Source of the DNA: Somniosus microcephalus | Taxonomy: Eukaryota | Reading direction: 5' to 3' | Length of the DNA: 64,000 bases | Assembly: GCA_052327205.1 (NCBI GenBank) | Contig: CM126222.1 | Coordinates: 55,924,001 to 55,988,000 of the forward strand | Shown: positions 23,583 to 34,460 of the stretch, piece by piece | How the letters are laid out: the number at the start of each line of letters is the position of its first letter | How positions within the stretch are numbered: the first letter of the stretch is position 1 | Translations under genes and position numbers: made by a program | Notes under the pieces: generated by a model | Database searches by the model: none | What the model was told of the DNA's origin: nothing | Seen by the model: only the letters and a program-made list of their open reading frames with translations

Positions 23583-24211
23583 TACTCCAGTATAACATTA
23601 CTGTGATGACAAATGTTTCTGGACTGTTTCCTATGATCTTCTTGGGTAAAACAACAGCGAATATTATATTTTAATCAAAACATTGAAACAAGCAAGTATG
23701 GTACAAAATCTGATATTTTGTGTATCAGATAAGGTCTTTGATTTTATATTCTGTCTATAATTACTTTAGCATTAAAACATCATTGATTTAAAATCTATTG
23801 GCTCATCTCCAAAAATCAGGTCACTTCAACCTTTTAGGTTTAGATAAAACAGTTTGATGCAGATTTTTCATTGCTATATTGATATGTTGACAATTCTATC
23901 AATAGCTTTCAAAAACTAATGATGTTAAGTTGTTTTATGTATGCTGTAATTCTGGATTTAGTTAACTTTTGAGAAAGACTTCAGAATTCACTTGCATCCT
24001 GGATGCTGGCCAATCATGAGTCATACTCATGGAATTATTCTAGCACACATGGATTGATGAAAGTTCCCTGTTATCAGACTTACTCCAGTATAACATTACT
24101 GTGATTGACAAATGTTTCTGGACTGTTTCCTATGATCTTCTTGGGTAAAACAACAGCGAATATTATATTTTAATCAAAACATTGAAACAAGCATTTAACA
24201 GTATGGTACAA
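23583..24211. repeat. Near-identical ~125-bp direct repeat pair (23583-23706 and 24081-24211)
   Basis: Both copies run TACTCCAGTATAAC...AGTATGGTACAA and differ only by a 1-nt and a 6-nt indel. Confidence 0.9.
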
Positions 24212-24572
24212 TAAATATCCTCATTCATGATGTTGACTAGATAACCCATTAGCCAAATCCAATCTTATCAAGCATTAGAGCCAACCTCTTCAACAGAAAT
24301 TGAAGATATTTATCATACATCACCTCTGGTCATGGCATAGCATCTGTATGCTCTTCTATTAGAACAGTTATGTTACCATATTAGATTTCAATTGATCTTC
24401 AGTAACCAGCCCCTATACTACTGGATTTCCCAAATGCTTTGTATTTAAAGTAGAAACAGTAATTGAGTTCCAGTGACAGCAATTTATTTACCTTCCTAAT
24501 AGTCACCATCTTTGACCTTCAGGTACGCAGTCCTTCAGACTTGGGTCACATTTAAGTAATTATTCATTCTAG

Positions 24573-25519
24573 TTCCAGTACAGCTACAATACTGGCATCT
24601 ACCCGGCAATGTGGAAAATTGCCCAAGTATGTCCTGTCTACAAAAAGCAGGACAAATCTGACCCGGCCAATTACCGTCCCATCAGTCTACTCTCAATCAT
24701 CAGCAAAGTGATGGAAGGTGTCGTCGACAGTGCTATCAAGCAGCACTTACTCAGCAATAACCTGCTAACTGACGCCCAGTTTGGGTTCCGCCAGGGCCAC
24801 TCAGCTCCTGACCTCATTACAGCCTTGGTCCAAACATGGACAAAAGAGCTGAACTCAAGAGGTGAGGTGAGAGTGACTGCCCTTGACATCAAGGCAGCAT
24901 TTGATCGAGTGTGGCATCAAGGAGCCCTAGCAAAACTGAAGTCAATGGTAATCAAGGGGAAAACTCTCCATTGTTTGGAATCATACCTAGCACAAAGGAA
25001 GTTGGCTGTGGTTGTTGGAGGTCATTCATCTCAATCACATGACATCACTGCAGGAGTTCCTCAGGGCAGTGTCCTAGGCCCAACCATCTTCAGCTGTTTC
25101 ATCAATGACCTTCCCTCCATCATAAGGTCAGAAGTGGGGATGTTCGCTGATGATTGCACACTGTTCAGCACCATTCGAGACTCGTCAGATACTGACGCAG
25201 TCCGTGTCCATATGCAGCAAGACCTGGACAACATTCAGACTTGGGCTGACAAGTGGCAAGTAACATTCGCACCACACAAGTGCCAGGCAATGACCATCTC
25301 CAACAAGCGAGACTCTAGCCATCTCCCCTTGACATTCAATGGCATTACCATCACTGAATCCCCCGCTATCAACATCCTGGGGGTTACCATTGGTCAGAAA
25401 CTGAACTGGACCAGCCATATAAATACTGTGGCTACAAGAGCAGGCCAGAGGCTGGGAATTCTGCGGCGAGTGTCTCACCTCCTGACTCCCCAAAGCCTTT
25501 CCACCATCTACAAGGCACA
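24573..25519 (+). mobile_element. CR1/Jockey-group LINE family B, RT segment (host of a nested CR1)
   Basis: ORF 24609: [40 protein letters not shown]. Confidence 0.88.
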
Positions 25520-28260
25520 TACCATAAAAAAGAAAGGGAGGAGGGGTAGCATTGCTAGTAAAAGAGGGGATAAATGCAATTGAAAAGAAGGATATTAACT
25601 CAGTTAATACAGAATCTATATGGGTGGAGCTAAGAAATAGCGAGGGGCGAAAAACATTAATAGGAGTGGTATATAGGCCTCCAAATAGTAAAATAGAGGT
25701 TAGGGAGGGCATCACGAGGGAAATTAGAGAAGCGTGCAATAAGAGCACAGCTGTCATCATAGGTGACTTTAACTTACATATAGATTGGACTAGCCTAATC
25801 AGTAAAAATAATGAGGAGGAGGAATTCCTTGAGTGTTTAAGGGATGGTTATCTGGATCAATATGTCGAGGAACCAACTCGGGAACAGGCTATATTGGACT
25901 GGGTACTGTGCAATGAGAAGGGACTAATCAGTAATCTTGTTGTACGGGGACCCTTGGGTCAGAGCGATCATAACATGATCGATTTCTCACTCGAAATGGA
26001 GAGCGAAGAAATTGACTCAGAGACTAAGGTCCTGAATTTAAACAAGGGGAATTATGATGCCATGAGACGGGAACTGAGTAGGTCTGATTGGACAACGTTC
26101 CTGGGAGGACTGGAGGTAGATAAACAATGGCAAACATTTAAAGATAGAATGACAAAATTGCAAAAATTGTTTATACCAATCTGGCATAAAAGGAAATCTA
26201 AAAAGGTGACTCAACCGTGGATAACAGGGGAAATTAGAGACAGCATAAAATCCAAAGATAGGGCGTATAAAATAGCCAAAAAAAGCGCCAGAGCGGAAGA
26301 TTGGGAACAGTTTAAGATAGAGCAAAGGAGGGCAAAGGGCATGATCAAGAGGGGCAAAATAGCTTACGAAAACAAGCTGGCGGAAAATATAAAAACTAAC
26401 TCCAAAAGCTTTTATAAATATATCAAAAGGAAAAGACTGGTGAAAACCAAAGTTGGTCCATTGCAGTCAGATACGGGGGAATATATAATGGGAAATAAGG
26501 AAATGGCAGATCAACTAAATGCATACTTTGGGTCAGTCTTTACGAAGGAAGACACAAAAAACCTCCCTGGGATATCGGGAAAAATAGGGACATTGGCAAC
26601 GGAGGAACTGACGCAAATCAATATCTCTAAGGATATGGTGTTAAGGAAGCTAAAGGGATTGAAGGTGGACAAATCCCCAGGGCCTGATAACATGCATCCT
26701 AGGGTACTGAAGGAGGTGGCCCTAGAGATAGCGGATGCACTAAGGATGATTTTTCAGAATTCATTAGACTCGGGAACAGTGCCGATGGATTGGAGGGTAG
26801 CTAACGTTACCCCACTATTCAAAAAGGGGGGTAGGGAAAAAGCAGGTAATTACAGACCTGTAAGCCTTACATCAGTTGTGGGCAAAATGCTGGAGTCCAT
26901 CATTAAGGATGAAATAGCGGAGCACTTAGCAAATGGGGACAGGATAGGACAGAGTCAACATGGATTTACAAAGGGTAAATCGTGCTTGACTAATCTATTG
27001 GAATTTTTTGAGGGAGTAACTGGTAGAATAGATGGGGGAGAGCCAGTAGATGTGGTGTACCTGGACTTCCAAAAGGCCTTCGATAAGGTCCCACATAAAA
27101 GATTAGCATGGAAAATTGAGGCTCATGGGATAAAGGGGAAAGTTTTGGCGTGGATAGGGAACTGGCTGTCAGATAGAAAACAGAGAGTTGGAATAAACGG
27201 CTCATTTTCTGAATGGCAGGCAGTAACAAGTGGGGTACCACAGGGATCTGTCCTGGGCCCCCAGCTGTTCACAATTTACATTAATGACCTGGATCAGGGA
27301 GTCGGATGCAGCATTTCCAAATTTGCAGACGACACTAAACTAGGAGGGGGGGTGGGCTCAGAGGAAGAGACCAGGAAGCTCCAGAGCGATTTGGACAGAC
27401 TGGGCGATTGGGCGGATAAATGGCAGATGCACTATAATGTGGACAAGTGCGAAGTTATCCACCTTGGGTGCAGGAACGGGAGGGCAAATTATTATTTAAA
27501 TGGCAATAGATTGGGAGAGGGGGAAGTACAGAGAGACCTGGGTGTTCTTGTACACCAGTCACTGAAGGCGAGCATGCAGGTGCAACAGGCGGTCAAGAAG
27601 GCAAACGGTATGCTGGCCTTCATAGCAAAAGGGTTAGAATACAGGAACAGGGATACCTTGCTGCAGCTGTACAGGGCACTGGTGAGACCACACCTCGAGT
27701 ACTGTGTACAGTTTTGGTCGCCTCATCTGAGGAAGGATGTTCTTGCCATGGAGGGGGTGCAGCGGCGATTCACCAGGCTGATACCAGGAATGGCGGGAAT
27801 GACCTATGAGGAGAGACTATGTAGTTTAGGGATGTACACACTGGAGTTTAGAAGATTGAGAGGGGACCTCATAGAAGTGTATAAAATTCTGACAGGTCTA
27901 GACAGACTGGATGCAGAAGGAATGTTTCCCTTGGCGGGTGAGAACAGAACTAGAGGACATAATTTAAGGATAAGGGCTAAACCATTTAGGACAGAGATGA
28001 GGGGGAATTTCTTCACTCAGAGAGTGGTGAACCTGTGGAACTCATTGCCACAGAGGGCAGTGTACGCCAGCTCATTAAATATATTTAAGAGGGAATTAGA
28101 TATATTTCTACGGGCAAAAGGGGTTAAGGGTTACGGAGAGAAGGCGGGGACGGGATACTGAATTAAAGGATCAGCCATGATCTCATCGAATGGCGGAGCA
28201 GGCACGAAGGGCCGAATGGCCTACTCCTGCTCCTATCTTCTATGTATCTATGTATCTATG
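25520..28260 (+). mobile_element. Young 5'-truncated CR1 nested in family B
   Basis: Starts inside the endonuclease (RKGGGVAL), ends in a stem-loop and (TATCTATG)n; TACC at both junctions. Confidence 0.92.
25552..28161 (+). CDS. CR1 ORF2p, uninterrupted but lacking the endonuclease N-terminus
   Basis: 869 codons with no stop; [37 protein letters not shown] intact; no true ATG start. Confidence 0.8.
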   Translation: MLVKEGINAIEKKDINSVNTESIWVELRNSEGRKTLIGVVYRPPNSKIEVREGITREIREACNKSTAVIIGDFNLHIDWTSLISKNNEEEEFLECLRDGYLDQYVEEPTREQAILDWVLCNEKGLISNLVVRGPLGQSDHNMIDFSLEMESEEIDSETKVLNLNKGNYDAMRRELSRSDWTTFLGGLEVDKQWQTFKDRMTKLQKLFIPIWHKRKSKKVTQPWITGEIRDSIKSKDRAYKIAKKSARAEDWEQFKIEQRRAKGMIKRGKIAYENKLAENIKTNSKSFYKYIKRKRLVKTKVGPLQSDTGEYIMGNKEMADQLNAYFGSVFTKEDTKNLPGISGKIGTLATEELTQINISKDMVLRKLKGLKVDKSPGPDNMHPRVLKEVALEIADALRMIFQNSLDSGTVPMDWRVANVTPLFKKGGREKAGNYRPVSLTSVVGKMLESIIKDEIAEHLANGDRIGQSQHGFTKGKSCLTNLLEFFEGVTGRIDGGEPVDVVYLDFQKAFDKVPHKRLAWKIEAHGIKGKVLAWIGNWLSDRKQRVGINGSFSEWQAVTSGVPQGSVLGPQLFTIYINDLDQGVGCSISKFADDTKLGGGVGSEEETRKLQSDLDRLGDWADKWQMHYNVDKCEVIHLGCRNGRANYYLNGNRLGEGEVQRDLGVLVHQSLKASMQVQQAVKKANGMLAFIAKGLEYRNRDTLLQLYRALVRPHLEYCVQFWSPHLRKDVLAMEGVQRRFTRLIPGMAGMTYEERLCSLGMYTLEFRRLRGDLIEVYKILTGLDRLDAEGMFPLAGENRTRGHNLRIRAKPFRTEMRGNFFTQRVVNLWNSLPQRAVYASSLNIFKRELDIFLRAKGVKGYGEKAGTGY

Positions 28261-28774
28261 TACCCTCCACTTGCCTGGATGAGTGCAGCTCCAACAACAC
28301 TCAAGAAGCGCGACACCATTCAGGATAAAGCAGCCCGCTTGATTGGCACTCCATCCACCACCTTCAGCATTCACTCCCTCCACCACTGGCGCACTGTGGC
28401 TGCAGTGTGTACCATCTACAAGATGCACTGCAGCAACTCGCCAAAGCTCCTTCAACAGCACCTTCCAAACCCGTGACCTCTACCACTTAGAAGGACAAGG
28501 GCAGCAGATGCATGGGAACATCACCACCTACAAGTTCCCCTCCAAGCCACACACCATCCTGACTTGGACCTGTATCGCCATTCCTTCACTGTCGCTGGGC
28601 CAAAATCCTGGAACTCCCTTCCTAACAGCATTGTGGGTGTACCTACACCATATGGACTGCAGCGGTTCAAGAAGGCGGCTCACCACCATCTTCTCAAGGG
28701 CAATTAGGGATGGGCACTAAATGCAGGCCTAGCCAGCGATGCCCACATCCCATCAATTAATACATTTAAAAAAA
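28261..28774 (+). mobile_element. LINE family B 3' end
   Basis: YPPLAWMSAAPTTLKK...IHSLHHWRTVAAVCTIYKMHC; 3' end GGCAATTAGGGATGGGC...CCCACATCCC plus A-rich tail. Confidence 0.88.
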
Positions 28775-30116
28775 TAGTGAAATCAGTTCATCGTCTAAAT
28801 TGTTATATTTTAAATATTAAAATATTAAGAAAGAAATGGGAGAAGCAAGTTCTCAGATGCTTAAGCTGTTCCGCCAATACTTTTGAAAGAAGTATTATTT
28901 TAATGTTAACAGGACACTTCAATTTCAAGACTGATCATACCAAGGAGATGCAGGATTTATTTATTGATCCCATGCAAATTTCTTTCATTTAAAATCTTCA
29001 AATATGCCATGTCATTCAGAATAGGGCATCTGTATCTGTGTATCCTGCATAGTGTCATCAACAGACAAGGTCCTTTCACTTTCTCACTGTGAAACCACTA
29101 ACTTTACTTTTCACATGGGTACTGTCTGCCTGGCAGCTATTGTATTTAGTTAAAATGTCCCTCTCTTGCGCTCTCTCACTAAACAAACATAATCAGACAT
29201 GGGAGACAACTGAGGATGGCTAAAGCAACTGCTTTTATTCATCCACATATATTGGTATCTTTGAGCTCAGGCCAACACTGCCAGCTAGAATACAAGTTGG
29301 GCAGACTGTCACATTCGGGAACAGGCATTTTCATAAGAAATCAATGTTACAATCATGTAATACATTTTAGAAATTGTGTGAGACTAAATACATCAGTGTC
29401 TAACAGAATACCAGATCATCAGACTATTCCATCCATTTATGGTTTGGATTTTTTATGTCTAGGACTAAGAAATATAAAACTTAAGAGATTATATTAATTT
29501 GCATTTGTCCTCTTGTACTATTTTGTACTACTAAAAAAATCAAGGGTTATTATTCATAACCTCCCTCTGAATTTGAAGAATGGCTCAGTCCTCCAGAATG
29601 ATCCTTATATATTTACCCTTATTTGCTGGGCAAGGAAGAGGCATTCTCAATAAAACATTACATAGCACTAATTGCTTTTAAGTTTTCTTGCAGAATACAC
29701 AAATATAAACATGATACAATGGCAAGATTTTGAAGTGCAAAGTTCCCCTTATATTAGGCCTATGAAGTCCATAAGAGTAATGTCTAGGGTATATAACATT
29801 ATCTGGCTTGTCCACAGGTAATGAATGATATGATGCCAATTATATTTGAATATTTCATGAAAACCTCTGAAATGACTTAATCTTAGCATTGACAGAACAT
29901 TTACAACGATTTTAACATTCAGCCATTTTTTTTCCAATGTTCTCTCTTTTGTAGGTATATTATTTCCAGTCTCTAATTGGTTGTATGGCTACTGATGAAC
30001 TCAACCTTTGGATCTGAGCTGGGCAACATGCTGGTGAAGCCTGAAAAATCTTGGAATCCCTCTCCATCCAAGTCACTCTTAAGTCTTCTTGCATCCTTAT
30101 TTAGTCCAGTCAGAGA

Positions 30117-30193
30117 CCCCCCCCCCCCCCCCCCCCTATTCCTTCAGTCAGTACTTCTCACTCTCATGGATTGGTGAAAGGGGGGGGGGGGGG
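30117..30193. repeat. C20 and G14 homopolymer runs
   Basis: Poly-C at 30117-30136 and poly-G at 30180-30193. Confidence 0.9.
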
Positions 30194-31629
30194 AGAAAGA
30201 AACCAACGCACGTTGGTGTAAGGCTGGAACACCACATTGTATCTGACGATCATATTTACAGATGGAACACAGGAACCAAGGAAATATATCGAGCAGCCTT
30301 TCCGCCCACGTCCACGCTTTGGGGTACAAAGGAAACTTCAACTTTCAAATCGAAACGCCATTTTCCGAATCAATGATGTCGAGTTTTAAGATCGGAAAGG
30401 CATCTCATTCTGAAGCCAGCCGCCTCCACTAACACCCACGCCGCTTCCCCTGGTGCCTCCGCCATTCGTTAATACTGCTATTTTTGCAACTCTGTTCGAA
30501 AAAGGAACCAGAGTAAAGCAAGGAGATACAAAGTGAACACAGAATCGAGAGTTGGCGTAGCGGGGAACATCGGAAATGGGGGAATGAAGCGAGAGACAAA
30601 TAGAGAACATGATAAACGAGGAGGCATTAATAATAATTGAATCAAATGAGAAAAATGAAAGGTTATTGTTGTAAATCTGTTAATTTAATGCTTGATTTTG
30701 ATGTTTAATGGACTGAACCCACGGCCCATTACACCGGGGAACCAGGGCTAGGTCACCGCCATTGTACTCGCACATTGCCCATTCTAGCAGATCAAAGCAC
30801 AGTCCTGACCCTGCTGTTGCTGCAGTCGGCACAATTTTTATAATGGTGTTTATCCAGGGGCAGTGATTGTTTTCAGCCTGCAGTCCACTTTGATCACAAA
30901 GAGATCCCCCCCGTGGTTGGAAGCTAGACATTCAAAGTGGAATTGTGGATGATCAATCAGAGAGTAATATCTGATCCCCTTCCAGGTTAGCGTTGAGTCA
31001 CCGGTGTTTTCCAACCTTTCATCACCTGACGGCAGCTGTTTCATCTGTCATTAGAATGCCTTTTCATTAAGATTTACACGTTAAGAGCATGGCAATGTGC
31101 ACAATGAGTTTGTGATGGGAACAGTCACCACGCTGACTCGGTTTAATGACAGAACCTGAGACATTTCGTCACATCCAAGACTTACTTTCCATCCAAGGTG
31201 TGTGTGTGTGTGGTGTGTACAACAGGCGCTGCTGTGTGGTAGTCGGTGCACTTTTAAGTAATTTCCAATTTAGAATATTAGAAAAGAGTGGAAAATATGT
31301 TGAGTTCCAGCACCCCCACACCCCCGAAACTAAAAAAAAAGTTCAGTATTGAAAAGGTTAAAAGTACTGGCAACATTTCACAATTGAACTGTTGGTGCTC
31401 AGTTACAGCAGATCTTTCCCTGGTGATTTGTCAAAAGCCCGTGGTTTACTGTCAGTGTTTGTGGATCTGTTCCAACAAGTCCTGAAAGCCCCTGAGCTGC
31501 TCCAACACCCGTGCCCTACCGGCGCTTCCTGTAACAATAACTGCAACTCCATCTTTTACCATTAGTGCAGAGTCTAACATTTCCATACATGAGTGATATT
31601 TAGAACAAAGCAAGTTTTCATTCTGTACA

Positions 31630-31818
31630 CAAATAGAAAATGCTGGTAATACACCACGGGTTAGTCAGTATCTGAAAGAGAAAGGCGGGATTAATGGTCC
31701 GGGTAGAACCCCTCGTCTGAAGCCTTCTGGTGAACGGATTCTCCCCAAAAAAGTTAACCCGCCCCGGATTTTCTGTGCTTTTGTTAGATTTCCAGCATTC
31801 GTCTGCTTTTTCTTTTAG
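31630..31818. mobile_element. Palindromic Penelope-derived element with two decayed inverted hammerhead motifs
   Basis: Ends AAAATGCTGG / CCAGCATT; plus strand CTGGTGAACGGA..CCCCAAAAAAGTTAAC; minus strand CAGACGAGGGGTTCTACCCGGACCATTAAT. Confidence 0.5.
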
Positions 31819-32744
31819 TTCTGCACTAGTGCCTGTTTATATTTATTCCACTTGGAAGCGTTCCATTAAAAAATATAATTAAGTTTGACAAAAAATGCAA
31901 AATATTGGGATAGAGACAATGCATAAAAAATACGTGAAGGTGTGCTGTGTGTTTTGTGCATGTGTGTTTTGTTTTATCATAAAGTGGATATTTGTATCTT
32001 TTTTCTGATATCCATTCGCTGGCATTTCCCCCCGCTGCAAGTAACAATAAGAATGTTCTTACACCAACTCCTTCAGATGTCTTTTAGTTCGCATATCTCT
32101 AAAATAAGTTTTCAGAAGTCGAATTCTGTCCTCTGTAAGTGCTGTCTCCACCTTACTAAGGGTTTGTGCTCTCCCCAGAATAACCTTTTATTTGGCAGAA
32201 TATTAAAATGACCTTGTCAGGCTCGGCTTGTTTCTGTGCTCAGGGTCGATACAGCTACAAATTCCCGACTGTTTGCCAGGATGTTACAGGCTACTACTCC
32301 CAGAAAGTAGGGTATGCGCGCGGTTGAGCAATCAATCCTTTCAAGGGCTAAAGTGCATCAACTACTAAGGTTTTGCACATGATATTACAGTACTACAATT
32401 GTTTTTAAAAAACCGACATTTCCCTTTCGCGCTCCGATGTTTCCCCAAACTTTCTTTTACCCTTGTTTAAGTGCTCCAATTGCAAGGACTATGCACAAGT
32501 GAACCCGCATACAACACATATACAGTCTACCACAGGTGCGCATATATTGCAGATATGCAGCTGCTACTGCAGGGACACAGTACACTGCATATACACAATA
32601 TACTTTCACTGCAGATGTACAGTATGCGTAGATATACAATTAATGCATTTAGAAACTTCAAATGTACACATACAACAGATGTGCAAACAGTGTAGATTCA
32701 CAGTACACCGCAGATATAACTCAGATATCCCGTGTGTGTCAATG

Positions 32745-33160
32745 TCAGCTTGAATCAATTGGTAATAGTTTTGTGTCTGATCAGAAGGTAGTGGGTTCCA
32801 GGCCCACTCGAGCAACGAAGCACATAATCTGGACTGACGGAGGCAGTACATCACTGAAAGGACTGCCATAATGGAGATGCTGCCCTTTGGTTGAGATATT
32901 AAATCGAGGTCTTGTCTACTTGCCCAGGTTAAAGATCTCTGATACTATTTGAAGACAAAGCAGGGATTTCCCCTGGTAGCCAATGCTTTTCCTTTAACCA
33001 GTATCACTAAAACAGATTAACTGGTCAGTTATCTCACTGCTGTTCCTGCAGCTGTACGAAACATGGCGCCCACCTTCCTTACACAATAATGGTCACCACA
33101 GGAAAGTAACTCGTTGTACTTGAACCACTTTCAGAAACCATAAAGGGCCATATAAAATAT
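32745..33160 (+). mobile_element. Deu-domain SINE
   Basis: tRNA-like head (TCAGAAGGTAGTGGGTTCCAGGCCC) and Deu core ACTAAAACAGATTAACTGGTCA. Confidence 0.7.
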
Positions 33161-33199
33161 AACATGTATACATTCATCTCCGATATTTTAAAACAAAAT

Positions 33200-34460
33200 T
33201 AGAAACCATGTTAGGCCAAGGCCTAAAGTGCCGGACATCACCAAGGTGGGAAAGGATACAAAGACGAGACAAACTATGAGATCAAATGTAAGTTAAACCA
33301 AGCTTGGATTTTGAAAATCTGAATATTTTAGATGGATGGGCAGAGAAGATTATTAGTTCCATAGCACTGAGGTGCTGGGAAAGAATGAATTCGATTCACC
33401 ACACTGTGTACAGATAAACAGTAAACCAAGAATGCATAAAGGCATATTTAGTGCTTTGGAGAAACAATGGTAGAACATTTTAAGGAGCACCGATCATAAT
33501 AGTATTGATAAAATAGAGAAATACAAAATTGTTAGAATAGAAAGAGAGAGCTTGGTGGCTGAAAGTGAAGGAGAAATTGTGTCCTGTCAAAGAATCTGCG
33601 AGAACATTCTTACCAAATATTCAATTCTTGGAAGGACAGGGGCTTTATAGAGAGTTGAGTTGTTGAGAATAACAAAAGGTTAGGGCTTAAAGGAAGAAGC
33701 TGAGCTTCTGGGGGCAGCTTTGGCAGTTTTGGAGATGGGAGTTCAGAGGATATTGAGATCAGAAGATATTGTTGAGGACAACACAATGTCAATAAATGAA
33801 GAAGGACAAAGGGTGGTACCATCAAAGACAGTCAGAGTATGGACCATCAACTATATCACAGATAAAGTGATCTAAAGAAACATAGCTTTGGTGTTAGGCC
33901 ATATGATGGGCATGTGATGGTAACTTGTTTAGAGGTGCATGGTGCTAAACCCTGTCAGAGGCTTTGGAAATGTCTAAGACAATAACAGATTATTCACCAA
34001 AGTATTCAAGATTAGAGCTCCAGGTGTGCATATCATAGGTGACAAGATCACAAGTGTATTGTGGGTGCTGGTGTTCATGCATTAGGCCAGAACTTTCAAG
34101 GTGATGGATAATTTGGGCGTTAATAGTAGCTTACATAAATGTTGAAAGTATCAATTTAAGGGCAATTGAGCAGAGATTAGAAGGGATAGGATGAATATTA
34201 TCAAATTTCCAAAGAGAAGGCAAGTGGACTGGGAGTAAGAGAGATTGAAAAGATGGTGTAGCACAAGAAACCCTTATTTTGAGGACAATGGGATGGGCAC
34301 CAATTGAACCAGAGAGAAGGGACTCTGACAGACTTACCAGGAATAAAATTTGATGTTAATCTTGGTGGTTGAACTGGATTTACAGAAGACACCAGCAGAG
34401 GTAAAGTTGGGTTGGCATGCTTCAACTGATCAAGCTGCCAGGTGCAATAGACATAGTAGA
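33200..34460 (-). mobile_element. Ancient L2 relic
   Basis: Purine-rich antisense L2; SLWFNWCPS and YDD-like RT remnants. Confidence 0.5.

Noticed and set aside
25520-25583. Overlapping RT ORFs with AAAAAAG at the junction, suggesting a programmed frameshift to a double RT
   Set aside because: The frames differ by +1, not -1, and the overlap is a by-product of the nested insertion
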